A DNA stretch of 64,000 nucleotides from Magallana gigas. Taxonomy: Eukaryota. The stretch lies in assembly GCF_963853765.1 (NCBI RefSeq), contig NC_088855.1:19592001-19656000 (forward strand). Reading direction: 5' to 3'. Position 1 is the stretch's first letter; the number at the start of each line of letters is the position of its first letter. Positions 26,001 through 37,696 of the stretch are shown one piece after another. The position numbers and the translations under genes were made by a program. The notes under the pieces were generated by a model, which saw only the letters and a list, made by a program, of their open reading frames with translations, was not told the DNA's origin and searched no databases.

Positions 26001-28458
26001 TAGTCGGTGCAACCCATACTAAGGGTCACACATTGGATGTCCTTATCACGCGGAATACAAGCTCCATTCTAGGAGGTCTACCTACCATACAGGATCCTGT
26101 GTTATGCGACAACAATGGCAATGCGGCAGGGGATCGTTTTGCTGTTCATGCTCTTTTGCGGGTTGCAAAGCCTCCAAAAGAATGCAAGACTGTAACTTTT
26201 CGTAGAATGAAACAGCTTGATATCGAAAAGTACAAGTCTGACCTTGACTCTTCGTCGGTTCTTATTGATACAAACGGCTCATTACAGGATCTGTTAAATA
26301 GTTATGACCATGAGCTAAGGACCGTCCTAAACAAACACGCCCCAGAAGAGACCAGAACAATCATTCTTCGTCCACATACCCCATGGTACACGGAAGACCT
26401 AAGGACTGCAAAGCAAGAAAAACGTCGGGCTGAAAGGCAGATGAGGAAAACAAACTTGACTGTTCATAGACAAATGTTTAGAGACAAATCCATTCAAGTA
26501 ACTAAACTGTTACTCGAAAGAAAGAAAAAATATTATTCAGATAAAATCTACGAAATTGGAAATGATCAGAAACAGCTTTATAAGCTTACAAAATCACTAA
26601 TGGGTAAACAAAGCGCCCCAATATTCTCTTCGAACAGTTGTGAACAAGATCTGGCAAACACTTTTGGTGATTTTTTCTTAGATAAAATTACCACTATAAG
26701 AGACCATCTCTCTGTCTTAAATACAAAGACCCATGTGGATGTATTAAGAGCAGACACCAAATTTAAAGATAAACCTATCGATTGCTTTAAATCAGCATCA
26801 GAATCAGAAGTTCGGAAGATCATCATGGTTTCTCCACCAAAATCGTGCGAATTAGACCCGATTCCAACATCTGTTTTGAAGCCCTGTGTTGATACCATTC
26901 TCCCAACAATCACAACCATCATAAACAAATCTATCTTAGAATCAACTGTCCCGACATCACTGAAAAACGCCGTTGTTCGTCCTCTTCTGAAAAAGTAGGG
27001 ATTAGACAAAGAGGTGTTAAAGAATTACCGTCCTGTCTCCAACCTTTCATTTATTTCTAAAGTCCTTGAAAAGGTTATCAATTCTAGGCTAGAAGATCAT
27101 TTACAATCAAACAATCTGCATGATAGACAACAATCAGCATACCGTGCTTATCATCCTACGGAGACAGCACTCTTGAGAGTCCATCATGACATAACATCTG
27201 CTCTAGACAAAGGAATGTGTGTTGTTCTGTTGATGCTGGACTGATCTGCAGCATTTGATGTGATAGACCACACTATTCTTATGAATCGCCTAGAATTTTC
27301 TTTTGGAATAACGGGTGCTGCCTTGTCATGGATACAGTCATACCTCAGTGATTGACAGCAAAGTATTGCTATAGGCCAGTCTAAGTCTAGAGACTTTCAA
27401 TTGAATTTTGGTGTTCCACAAGGTTCGGTCCTTGGACCAAAGCTTTACAGCCTGTTTGCTAAACCTATATGTGATATTTGCCGTAAACACAACATGAATT
27501 TTTCAGTGCTATGCTGACGATACTCAATTGTATATGGCAATTACACCTACTAGCAAATGGATAGATATAGCATCTCGTCTGCAGACTTGCCTGTCTGATA
27601 TTGGTTCTTGGATGCGTTCCAACTATTTGAAGATTAATCAAGAAAAAACAGAGCTAATTGTCTTCGCCCCAAAACACAAAACTAATTACTTCAAAGAACT
27701 CAGCATCAATTTTGACGGCAACAAAATTAGAGTCCCATCAATTGTAAAAAATTTAGGTGTCATTTTTGATTCGTTATTGAACATGGATCACCAGGTTCAA
27801 AACATCACAAAATCATGTTACCACCAACTACGGAACATTGGTCGCATTCGACCCTTAATATCAGAGAGCGCTAGTAAAACCCTTGTATGCTCACTTGTGA
27901 CCTCTCGTTTGGACTACTGCAATGCCTTACTACACGGTGTATGTACCAGTTCCTTGTCAAGACTTCAAAGGGTTCAAAACACAGCCACTAGGATTATAAT
28001 GCGTACTAGGAAATATGACCACATAACACCAGTGCTGGTCAAGTTACACTGGCTTCCAATCGAGCAGCGAATTCAATACAAGCTGATCCTACAGGCTTTC
28101 AAAGCCTTACACGGAACATCGCCATTTTATATAGAAGAACTGGTCCAGGTCTACAAGCCAAATAGGTCTCTGCGCTCAGAGAGCTCTATGCACCTTGTTC
28201 AGTCGCGTGCGCGGACTAGGTCATATGGTGACAGGCAGTTCGACGTGGCCAGTTCTACATTGTGGAACAACCTTCCCAAAAATCTTAGATTAGAGGGAAA
28301 TTTTATTCGTTTTAAAAAATTATTGAAAACCTATCTTTTCAAAAAGGCTTATCCAGACTATTCTTAAGTATTTACGCATTTTAAACTTTATTTTATTGAG
28401 TACAGAGACAGCAGAGCATTGATTTTAACATGTAAACTAAATTTAGTGTTATTTAAGA

Positions 28459-28497
<39 letters not shown>

Positions 28498-31400
28498 TGT
28501 ATTTAGGTATATTATTTATGTTCTTAGCTTTTTATGCCAATAGCTTTTTATATGTACAGTGCTATAGAGTAATTTAATATAAATTATATATGGCGCTTTA
28601 TAAATTTTGTATAATAATAATAATTCATGACACAGAGACTGACAAAAGTTTGAAGCCAATGCACCCATCAAATTTAAGGTCTACTTGATTACATCGGTTT
28701 CATTTGGTTTACTGAAGGAGGCTGGTTGCACAGGTTTTAAAAATGACTGTAATCTTTTCAATGCTGACTTGATATCTTTTTCCAATAACCCTACAATAAA
28801 AAACATAATGTATATAGTACATGTACTAACGCACCAGGAGCAAGCAATTTGATTCAATATATAAGTAATTTTAATTACCATATGCTAAGTTTATATTGAT
28901 ATATTGTACAAAATTAAGATTAGGGAAATGAAACTGACTTCACTGTTCGTCATCACTTTTCAATTTTATTTTTAGCTTTGGAAAAGAAAGTTTCTGATCT
29001 AGATGATTCATTAAAAGAAAAACAAGAAGAGTTGCATACACTCATGAGCTACAAAGTAAGTATCTTAATTTCTAAAGTTGTTTGTTTATTATAAGATTCC
29101 ATATTCTGTCAAAAATTGCAGATTTTAGAATTTAAAACCATATTTAAATGTGTTGTGAGATTTTTAAAGAAATATGTTGATGAGATTTTTTTATTTTGTT
29201 AAGCTTTTCCCCATATCTTATATGAATTACTTGTAATTTTTAAAAATTGTCATTCTTGATTCTTTTCATATTTAATATACATTTAGATTACTGCTACTGA
29301 TAATTTTTAAAGAAGATTGTAAATTGCATTTTCAAATTTCCACATGTTTAGTATAAATTATTAGTTTATTCCTGCTTGAAATTTTCATAGAAAATTGTAA
29401 ATTGTAATCCATATACATTTCCACAGGTGCATGACTAAATTGAGGGATAAAGATAATTTTATAAATTTGGATCCATGAAACATTTCAATATGATGAACTT
29501 TTGAGTAAACTCTTGTACAATTCTTTATCTTTAGGACAAGGAGTATCCTGTCAAAGCAATGAGGATAGCCACACTGCAGAAAGAAATACAAAACCTTAAA
29601 ATAGCAAACCAGGTACAGTAATATGATCAACTTCTATGTCACAAATAAAAAATAAAATTTGAATGACTATAAAAGCAAGATTTCAGATCATAGTATATCT
29701 CTGAAGCTTATTTTCTCTCCCCTTGCCCACATCTGACTCTTACCTAACCCAAGAACGGCTTGAGGGAGAAGAATGTGCAGTGACCTTGAACCAAGTCTCT
29801 TAGTCAGAGGTCAAGGTCATATAGGATTTTTATGTAAAATCCATGTTTGGTGCATATTTTTGAGAATTCTCTTTCTTTACTCCTAAATGACTCATTCTTC
29901 AACGATAAAGTGCTCATCATGGGTAGAGGATCTGCAGTGACCGTGAACCAAGTCTAGATTATAGATCAAAGGTCATAGCAGATATGTAAAATCCTTTTTG
30001 TTAACATATTTTCCACATTTTATCAAAAGAATGCTTATTGGTTAGTCCAAGGTCAAAAGTCAAAGCAGACCTCTTTGTGAAATCTCTCATTTTTCTAATC
30101 TAGTTTATTCTTCAACAAGAGTTGTGATGCATAAAGTGCATGTAGTGACTGTGAACTATATTCTTACCTGATATATAAAGATGGAAAACAAAAAGTTCAG
30201 TTCATTATTTATAATTCCACCTCATTGGCTTATTGATGTTTTGTTCATATTAATTAATTAGGCCATGGTACAGTAAAACACGGTTATAGCGAACATGCTT
30301 ATAATGAATTGACGCTTACAGCGAAGTGATTTTCATTCCCTATGACTTTATTTCATGTTGTAAATCTGACAGATATAACAAATTATGCTTATAGTGAAGG
30401 AAAATCTCCATTCCTTGGCACTTCGTTATAAGCGTGTTTTACTGTATATCTATGGTTTATGTTCCTCTATTCTTTTAAATGCTACCCTCCAGTCCATTAA
30501 AATAAATACAACAAATTTGGAGGTCTGAAATATTTACACCATTAATATAATGGAATCAGAGTAAATTTTCTGTGCTCACTGCTCAGAGAAGCATTTTAGT
30601 AGGCCATATAATTTAATCACAAAATAAGGACAGGTGAAATTAATTAGAAAACTAATTTAATTGAAAAGTTGACAAAACTAAAGTTTGTATTTTCAAAAGG
30701 ATTTTCCAAAAACCTATCTGCCCAGGAATATAAATCAAACAATCATTTTATGATTGTGGCTTCAATTTTGATTATTTAATACATGTAAAATACAGTTTCA
30801 TTTTTTTGATTTGTTGCTTTATGTATGCTGTTTTGTCAACTACTGACAGGAAGACCAAGAAGACCTAGAACACATTGTATTCACAGAATTAGAGAAGTAC
30901 GAGAAAGAGCAGACAAGAACGGCTAACAGCATCACCAAAAGCATTACAGAGGTAACTATGTAGAAATAATCAGTGCAAAGATATAATATAGAAGCAGTAC
31001 AAAATAAATTTATGAAATGTTAGTGAAATAGGAATTCTTGTGAAATAGGAATTCTTGTGTTCAGTGTTATTGTTCAATTTTTTAGAAAAAAACCCATTCA
31101 GTTTCAATTTTTATCTGAACATTTTCTTGATTCTCCTTAGATCCATTTTATTGGAAGCTAATTAGTTTTATATGATAAATTTGAATTTATCATCCTCAAA
31201 TGCATATTTAATCAAAATTTAGTGAAAATCATTAATGAGTGATTTATATGCATAAGAAACGATTAAGTCTTTTTACTATATCTTACTCCAGTTGTATTTA
31301 AAGTTTGCATAATTCAGTGAAATGTTATGTTTTATCAGAGAGCCATTTCAAGAATGCATCCAAGTCTGAAGGATATGGCTCTTCAGAACTTAGTAATGGC

Positions 31401-32090
31401 CAAGGTAAGTTAAAATATGTCTATTGATAGATGTAATTTGCTCCAACAGCTTCATAACTTCACTACTGCTTAAACTTGTCCATTTAAGAGACAATTATTT
31501 ACCAGGGATTTATTTTCAAATTTTATGGGTCATGTTACTGGTGAGATACTTGAATGTATGCTAGCTCAAGATAAAATATTTCGATATCTATTTATTTCAA
31601 ATTTTATGGGTCATGTATGAAAATGGTGACCTTTGTTTGCATGCTTTAGGTAAAATATCTCATTTTCTTGATGCAGGAAATAGAAGTTCATAAAAAGGAA
31701 CAGGAAGGACTGATCAGAGTCAACCAAGCTCTTGAAGCAGAAGTTAAAAAACTACTGCGGGATCCAAAAACCAACACACGCCTACAGATGTTTCCAGAAT
31801 TCTTTCCCAGTAGACAAAAGTGAGATATCAAGGAATCTTCATTCTCTCAATTTCATTTCATTCATTTTTTCTAAAAATTCAATATCTTTAGAACTGTAAT
31901 TTCCGTAACAAATTCTCAGCTTGAAAAAAGACCCTTTATAAATTTTGCTTCAATGTAAATAAATTCTTAAATAATATCTCAAGTTTTTCTAAAAAAGTTT
32001 CAATAATCTTTTATCTCATTGCTTTTCAGATGCACACCGGACATGGAAGTTGTTTTGGACATTCCGACTCAAGAGTGGTTACCTATATAA
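23077..32090 (+). CDS. C20orf96: C20orf96 homologue (coiled-coil, DUF4618-like), about 374 aa
   Basis: 11 exons: 23077-23254, 23687-23844, 24072-24130, 24539-24638, 24755-24854, 28976-29055, 29535-29612, 30850-30951, 31339-31404, 31677-31819, 32030-32090. The C-terminus [20 protein letters not shown] and the internal [19 protein letters not shown] match human C20orf96 as recalled (KCTPDMDVILNIPVEEPLPF; LSTYMDHEYSIKSVQISTL). Confidence 0.85.
24161..24385. mobile_element. Tc1/mariner-type MITE (TA-flanked)
   Basis: TIRs TACTGTGGAATCATT / AATGTTTCCACACGGTA. Confidence 0.65.
25300..28624 (+). mobile_element. Decayed non-LTR retrotransposon (L2/CR1 group), endonuclease plus RT ORF2, in intron 5 of the C20orf96 homologue
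   Basis: APE motifs ([16 protein letters not shown]) and RT motifs ([53 protein letters not shown] at 27510), then a C-terminal [13 protein letters not shown] and a (TAA)n tail. In-frame stops at 26996, 27242 and 27354 and frameshifts (e.g. about 27500). The 5' boundary is approximate. Confidence 0.92.
29720..30160. repeat. Degenerate tandem-core (Helentron/Pearl-like) remnant
   Basis: Diverged GCAGTGACC(T/G)TGAACCAAGTC...GGTCAT...ATGTAAAATCC units about 158 bp apart (about 29777 and 29935). Confidence 0.55.
30269..30446. mobile_element. Tc1/mariner-type MITE
   Basis: TIRs TACAGTAAAACAC / GTGTTTTACTGTA. Confidence 0.8.
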
Positions 32091-33007
32091 ACATTTCCAA
32101 AAGACAGGTGCTACTATTTGAGCATTTATTGGTCAATTCCTCTCAACACGAACAGAGTTTGATACTGTTTGCAGATGGAATCTGGATATTTGACTGTGGC
32201 ATGCTAATTTGATGTGAGAGAATGGAACTTGTATTATACAATGTATATGTGTACTCTTTGTAAATGTATTCAAATGCTTGTTCCTCGTTTACATTCTTTA
32301 TTATATATGAATTAGATTTTGTTGAAGATATTTGGTTTGTAAAAATCAATAATAAAATCAATATGTTTTACAAGACAACCAGTTGGTGGATTTTTGTGTC
32401 TCTTGTCTCCCATACCTCAAAGCCCACCTTCTTTTGAGCTTTTTAAATTCATATCTGAACATTAACTCCAAGCAAATTAAGTTGGGACTCAAAATTCATT
32501 GTATGGGGACTGTGGTAAACCCTCGACAATAAACTTTATTTAGCTGAACTTTGTCTATTGATCTGCATCAATGTTTTCCCCTTTATTAAAATTGATTAAA
32601 AAAACAAGTGTCCCCTTGTAAAAAATATATTGGTATTAAACAGCATGAATGTAATTTCACTACTTGGAGAATAAGATATGAAAAAAATGTCCATTAACCA
32701 ATAATTAAAATAAAATAAGATTTCTGGACTTGAAAATTGTTTTCATCTAATGTTAAGAAAGCTTGGACATTCAATGGTGATGTGGAATTATAAACCATTG
32801 TAAAAAATCAACACAAATTTTAAACTTGCTCATAAATCGTCATTCACTTCTCAATGAATAAAAACAAAATGAAGACTGATCCACAATTTTTTATCAGTTT
32901 ATTGAAAACACTGTTATAAGATCAAAGTCTCTGTCTCTTGAATGATATCTGATTTGGACATGGACGCCTCTCTCAATAAAATTAAATACACTCGACACAG
33001 CTGGAAT

Positions 33008-34760
33008 CTATTCCTTCTCACTGAGGGTCTTGACTGACTTGGAGGTTTCCTTGGTTGTGAAGATGGACCAGGTGGGCTTGAACTTGTTGTTCTCGTAATC
33101 GTACCACGAGGCTATACCGTCCACTGGCTGGACTCGTCTCTTGATAAGGTACTCGGTCTGGGCGTCAACCCATTCATTGGTGACTGTTTTGGGCTCATAT
33201 TGAGGATCTAAGGAAAGAAACATTTGCATAAATAAGTTACAATTTTTTTTTGAATTTTTAAATATACAAGTTGATTAAAAATTTCTTGTGATAAACAGTT
33301 GATTCATTCTATGTGCGCATTGAAAAGAGACTAATACGTGCAATGAGATAAGATGGAATGATTTTGGTTTTATTCATAAAATTTGCAATAAACAATAGCT
33401 AAGTAGCTTATAGGTGAGAATACTGCATTTCAAGCCCTTTTATTTTTTTTTTTACCACAAATCCTGACCCTTACCAGCAAATCCAATCACGGAGACACCA
33501 AGGAACATCAATGCCATCAAGATGGCGTTGTCTCCAATACAACGTTTCCAATCTCCAGATGGAGCCCGAACCTCCTCCAGGGTCGAATTGAAACTAGCTC
33601 TGTACACTGTAAAATAATAACAAGTTAAAGAAACCTGGGTGAGTTTTGAAAAAATCTTGACTTCCCACCAGCAAGAATTGAAACTAGTTCTTTACAGTGT
33701 GTGAATTTAAGTTCATAAAACTATTAAAAAGTCCTGAACCTCTTGCAATGTGGAAATGAAATCTGCTCTGTTAATTGTCATAAACATGATAGTGATGAGC
33801 CAATGAAAACTCAATGAAATGTCGAAATCTTATACACTTTAAGAATTGAAACTGACTTTAACACCCACTGGAATATTGCTCACTATACCTAATTTTTTAT
33901 AGAATGGAAATCAATTTTTTAAAACTCCTTGCACAATGTTTTGAATACAGTAGTGTATCACATTACTAAATTTACTCTTAATTTACTGAGTATGGAAAGT
34001 AGATAATAATTGGCTTGTGCCTACATGTTTTTTTGTCCTCTAGTGATAAGAGTTTCCAGTCTCCCTTTTCCTTCTCTCTGAGTTTTCCTAGAGCTTCGTC
34101 AACTTCCCTGAATCTGATGGCCGGACAGGGCACAGTGAAGGAGTCAGTGTAATAGGGAATCTCTCCATGGCCCACAATTTCTCTATGTCCTATCCATTCA
34201 AAGTATTTCATATATATATACAGAATTTAGATATAGTGCAACATAATTACAGTGAAAATGTTTATCAAGAATTCACACTTACTATTATGTAAGTTTTATT
34301 CACCCTAGTCTTAATATGTATCATACACTTATTGAATGTAAAAAAAAAACAAAACTATGTTTATAAAAACAAGTCATTCAAATTGTTTGTCCCTGGCATG
34401 TTGCTGTAAGCAGTGATATTTCTACAACCAATTTAGGTCTGAATGTTGGCCGTTTCCCCTTGCAGACATTACAATTTCCCCCAAATGACCTTGTTTGTCC
34501 TGCATTTTTCCTGAAAGTTGGATTGACAAAATAATTACATTGTCTTTAATTGGAAACTGCAAGCATATCTAACCTATGACTGGTGAATATTCCTCTTTTC
34601 CTGGGTAGTACTCATGGCCGGGGAGAACAGCTTTAGAACCAGTGGTTGCTGGTGCGTCCCGATTAACTGATGTCAGGGCAATGTTTCTTGAGGGTGCCAC
34701 CCAGATGGGTTGTTTCTTGAGGGCACGTGGGGCACACCGTAACATATTCAAAGTAGTCAT
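33008..34760 (-). CDS. COX4: Cytochrome c oxidase subunit 4, mitochondrial, about 227 aa
   Basis: Exons 34760-34574, 34189-34025, 33606-33475, 33207-33008. A basic transit-like N-terminus, then G.REIVG, PAIRFRE, LREKEKGDWKLLSLEDKKTLYRASF, one transmembrane segment, and EW..AQTE...VQPVDGIASWYDYE. Confidence 0.93.
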
Positions 34761-35168
34761 TTTATCTGTAAAAAGACAGAACATTTTGGTCAAAGAATCA
34801 CCAACTGTGAAAATGTGCCACTCCTATTTATATTTTCCATCAATAGCTTTCATTTTATTCCCTTACATAATTACCAGTAATACCTTTAAGCTATGATAAG
34901 AATCTGTATTTAAGGTGCTATAAAATTCAAAGATGCCATGATTTTGAAATTAAATTATCATAACTTTTCTTTGACATCTGAAAGTTCTGCACAAACAATC
35001 ATACAAAGCTGTAATATAATGTTGATTATATTTATAGCAGACATTAAAAAAAAAAAAAACATATACAAGTCCCAATTATTTGGTTTATGAAAGAGGGGTT
35101 TCTCATGAAACATGCAATAAAGATATGTGACTAGAGCCATCTACGACTATACAACTACTACTGTTAAA

Positions 35169-35385
35169 TACTGTATACAGGGAAATATTTCAATTTGCAC
35201 CAATTTTATTTTCACCCCTTTCGCCCTTGTTGTCAGCGGGCGAATTTAAGACTGGGCAAATTCCAATGTTCAAAGCTATTTCTTTAGTACAGAAGCATGT
35301 CTGGACGAATTTAAGACGGTGCAGAATCGTTTGCAAGTGAAGAAGGGCGAAAATAACACAGGCCAAAAAAAACCCGTATACAGTA
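35169..35385. mobile_element. Tc1/mariner-type MITE
   Basis: TIRs TACTGTATACAGGG / CCCGTATACAGTA. Confidence 0.75.
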
Positions 35386-35488
35386 TTTCTATTGTCAACA
35401 GAGAAAAGAAAATGTGAAAAAATAGAAATTTGTTTTCACACTTAATTTTTGTATGATATTTCTTGTAAAAAATAGATAATTTCATTAA

Positions 35489-36560
35489 CCAGTCTAGACG
35501 GGACTCCCAAAACGGAGTTAACTCCCAAAACGGAGTCTTTGGCTCCATCATGCATTGCGGTAAAATGGCGTTTCTAATGTAAACAACGTGCGAGTTATGC
35601 CCCTTAGTTCTAAATAAATCTCTAAAATTGGCCAAAAACACGACTAAAATTAATTCTAAACTTTCAAAAACATTTCTGAACGTATATGTGTCATATTAAT
35701 GTCATATGTTCATGACCGTTTACTTGTATTACGCAAGATTAATTTTTAAAATGAAAAATTCACCCAAAACTTCGATCACGCACAACCATAACCAGCTGAT
35801 AACTGTTTTGAAATAAATTGAACGCTTGGATATGTTTATTTGTCATTGTTTGTTAAAAGTATAGTCTCATTTTAATCTTTTTCATGCTAAATTATTCAAT
35901 TATCTTGAATAATTATGTATTTAACATGGTTTCCTAACATCGCAAATGCCGCGAGCGATTATAATTGTTTTGATGATAATTATCAGTTCAATTTAAAGAG
36001 TTATTGTATCTAGAGTGACAATTTGTTTCATTTTCTGGGATTTCAGATAACCAATCCTATTTTTTAAATACCAGAAAGTCGTTTTTAATCATCGCTAGAG
36101 CAACCAGTTTTTGTCAGTAATTGAGGCTTTTTTTCGTTTACGCACATAAAAATTCGTATGTTTGGTGATTTTAAATTGTAACACAATACGAAAGAAGTAA
36201 AATTTAATGCAATTTACCTTTTATTAACGATTAAATTCCATGAAAAACACAAAATAATCACTTTTTAAGCATCGTCCAAACGTCCAATTTCGAAGAGAAA
36301 TAACTTTCTTAAGTGCAAATGAACCCCTATTTCGTGCAAATACGATTGATAGTACATTATATCCTGGGTCTTTTAAAACATGTTAGAAGTCTGCCAACAC
36401 ATGCAGCACTTTGCAAGACGATTTTGTGTTGACCCCATGTTTTCATCGAAAAATCGCCATATTTGGTACCAGTGCGCATGTGTAGACTCCCAAAACGGAG
36501 TCCAAAATGCTTGCAGAAATTCACTTCCGTTGACTCCGTTTTGGGAGTCCGTCTAGACTG
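35489..36560. mobile_element. Non-autonomous DNA transposon with TTAA flanks and four palindromic 18-bp subterminal motifs
   Basis: TTAA|CCAGTCTAGACGGGACTCCCAAAACGGAGT ... ACTCCGTTTTGGGAGTCCGTCTAGACTG|TTAA; TIR about 30 bp; no coding ORF. Confidence 0.85.
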
Positions 36561-37696
36561 TTAACAATGGCAAGTAAAGAAAAAAATTTCACTTAATAAA
36601 ACAATAACCTTGAAGTTTACAGACTTGGCATATCGAGTAACATTTGAACTGATGCACTTTTCAGTTATATGAAGAAATCAAAACTACATTAAATCGTACT
36701 GGATTAGAGCATGTAAAAATCATATGAAGTATTTTTAAAAAATGTGTCCTTAGCAATAGACATGCATGTATCCATATATATTTTAACATGTGACTGAATA
36801 CTCTAATGTTAAAAACTTTGAATGACGAATAAAAAAAAAAACCTGTTCATTTTACATCTGATTTAAATGTTAAAACACAAAAAATATCCTTCTGAAATTA
36901 TCAAAAACTATCCAAGAGCAAAAATCAATGTCAGGTTTGCAAAACCATCAGAGGAAACTCGAAACGAAGGTCATTATTTATCGATAATATCATAATTCAC
37001 AGAAGATCATAATTCTAGAGCATACAACTGCGCAAAATTTTGAACAGCTATGATCAAAAGACATATTTTTACCATATGAAGTGCGCCGCTCACCACCTTC
37101 GTCCAAGGAAGGTTACTTGCACCAATTCAACGGCGATCAAGGTCTTTCAAGAGCTTGAGACCTACGAGGAAGCTAATCACCTTTGACGTTTTTGCACGTA
37201 TACAAATTGATTAAAGCAAATGAGTTTGAAGTACTTATTGAAAATATTTTTACCATATGATTAAAAAATATATTAAAGGAAAATGAAAAAAAATGCTAGG
37301 CTTACAATAATCTTACAAATAACTTACAATATCATAAACACACTAAATTTTGATATATTATTTCAATTTGATATAATTTTAGAAGAAAAGGACTTAAAAT
37401 TCACGTAACGATTAATTATTTTAGAATAGTTATTTTGATATCGTAACGCGTTATTGAACATACTATTGAATTCCCATACTTTAATATAATATACACATTT
37501 AAAATGCACCTTTCCCCCACTTAGTAAAACCTATTTTAAAACATTTGATTAACATTGATTGCAAAATGACGTTGGAGTGTCTGTCGGTGTGATGTAGTCA
37601 ATGTACGTAGAGATATACATCTAGCATTTCTTGGACCTCCTTTGAAATATTTATTTAAAGTATGTAATGTTTGGCCTTCTACGAAATAGATTTAAA

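Noticed and set aside
31023-31056. 17-bp direct duplication GTGAAATAGGAATTCTT, plus a similar 23-bp duplication near 31515/31595
   Set aside because: Ordinary local slippage duplications in introns.
32143-32361. 72-aa minus-strand ORF that reads protein-like
   Set aside because: No good acceptor or start context; it overlaps the expected C20orf96 3' UTR.
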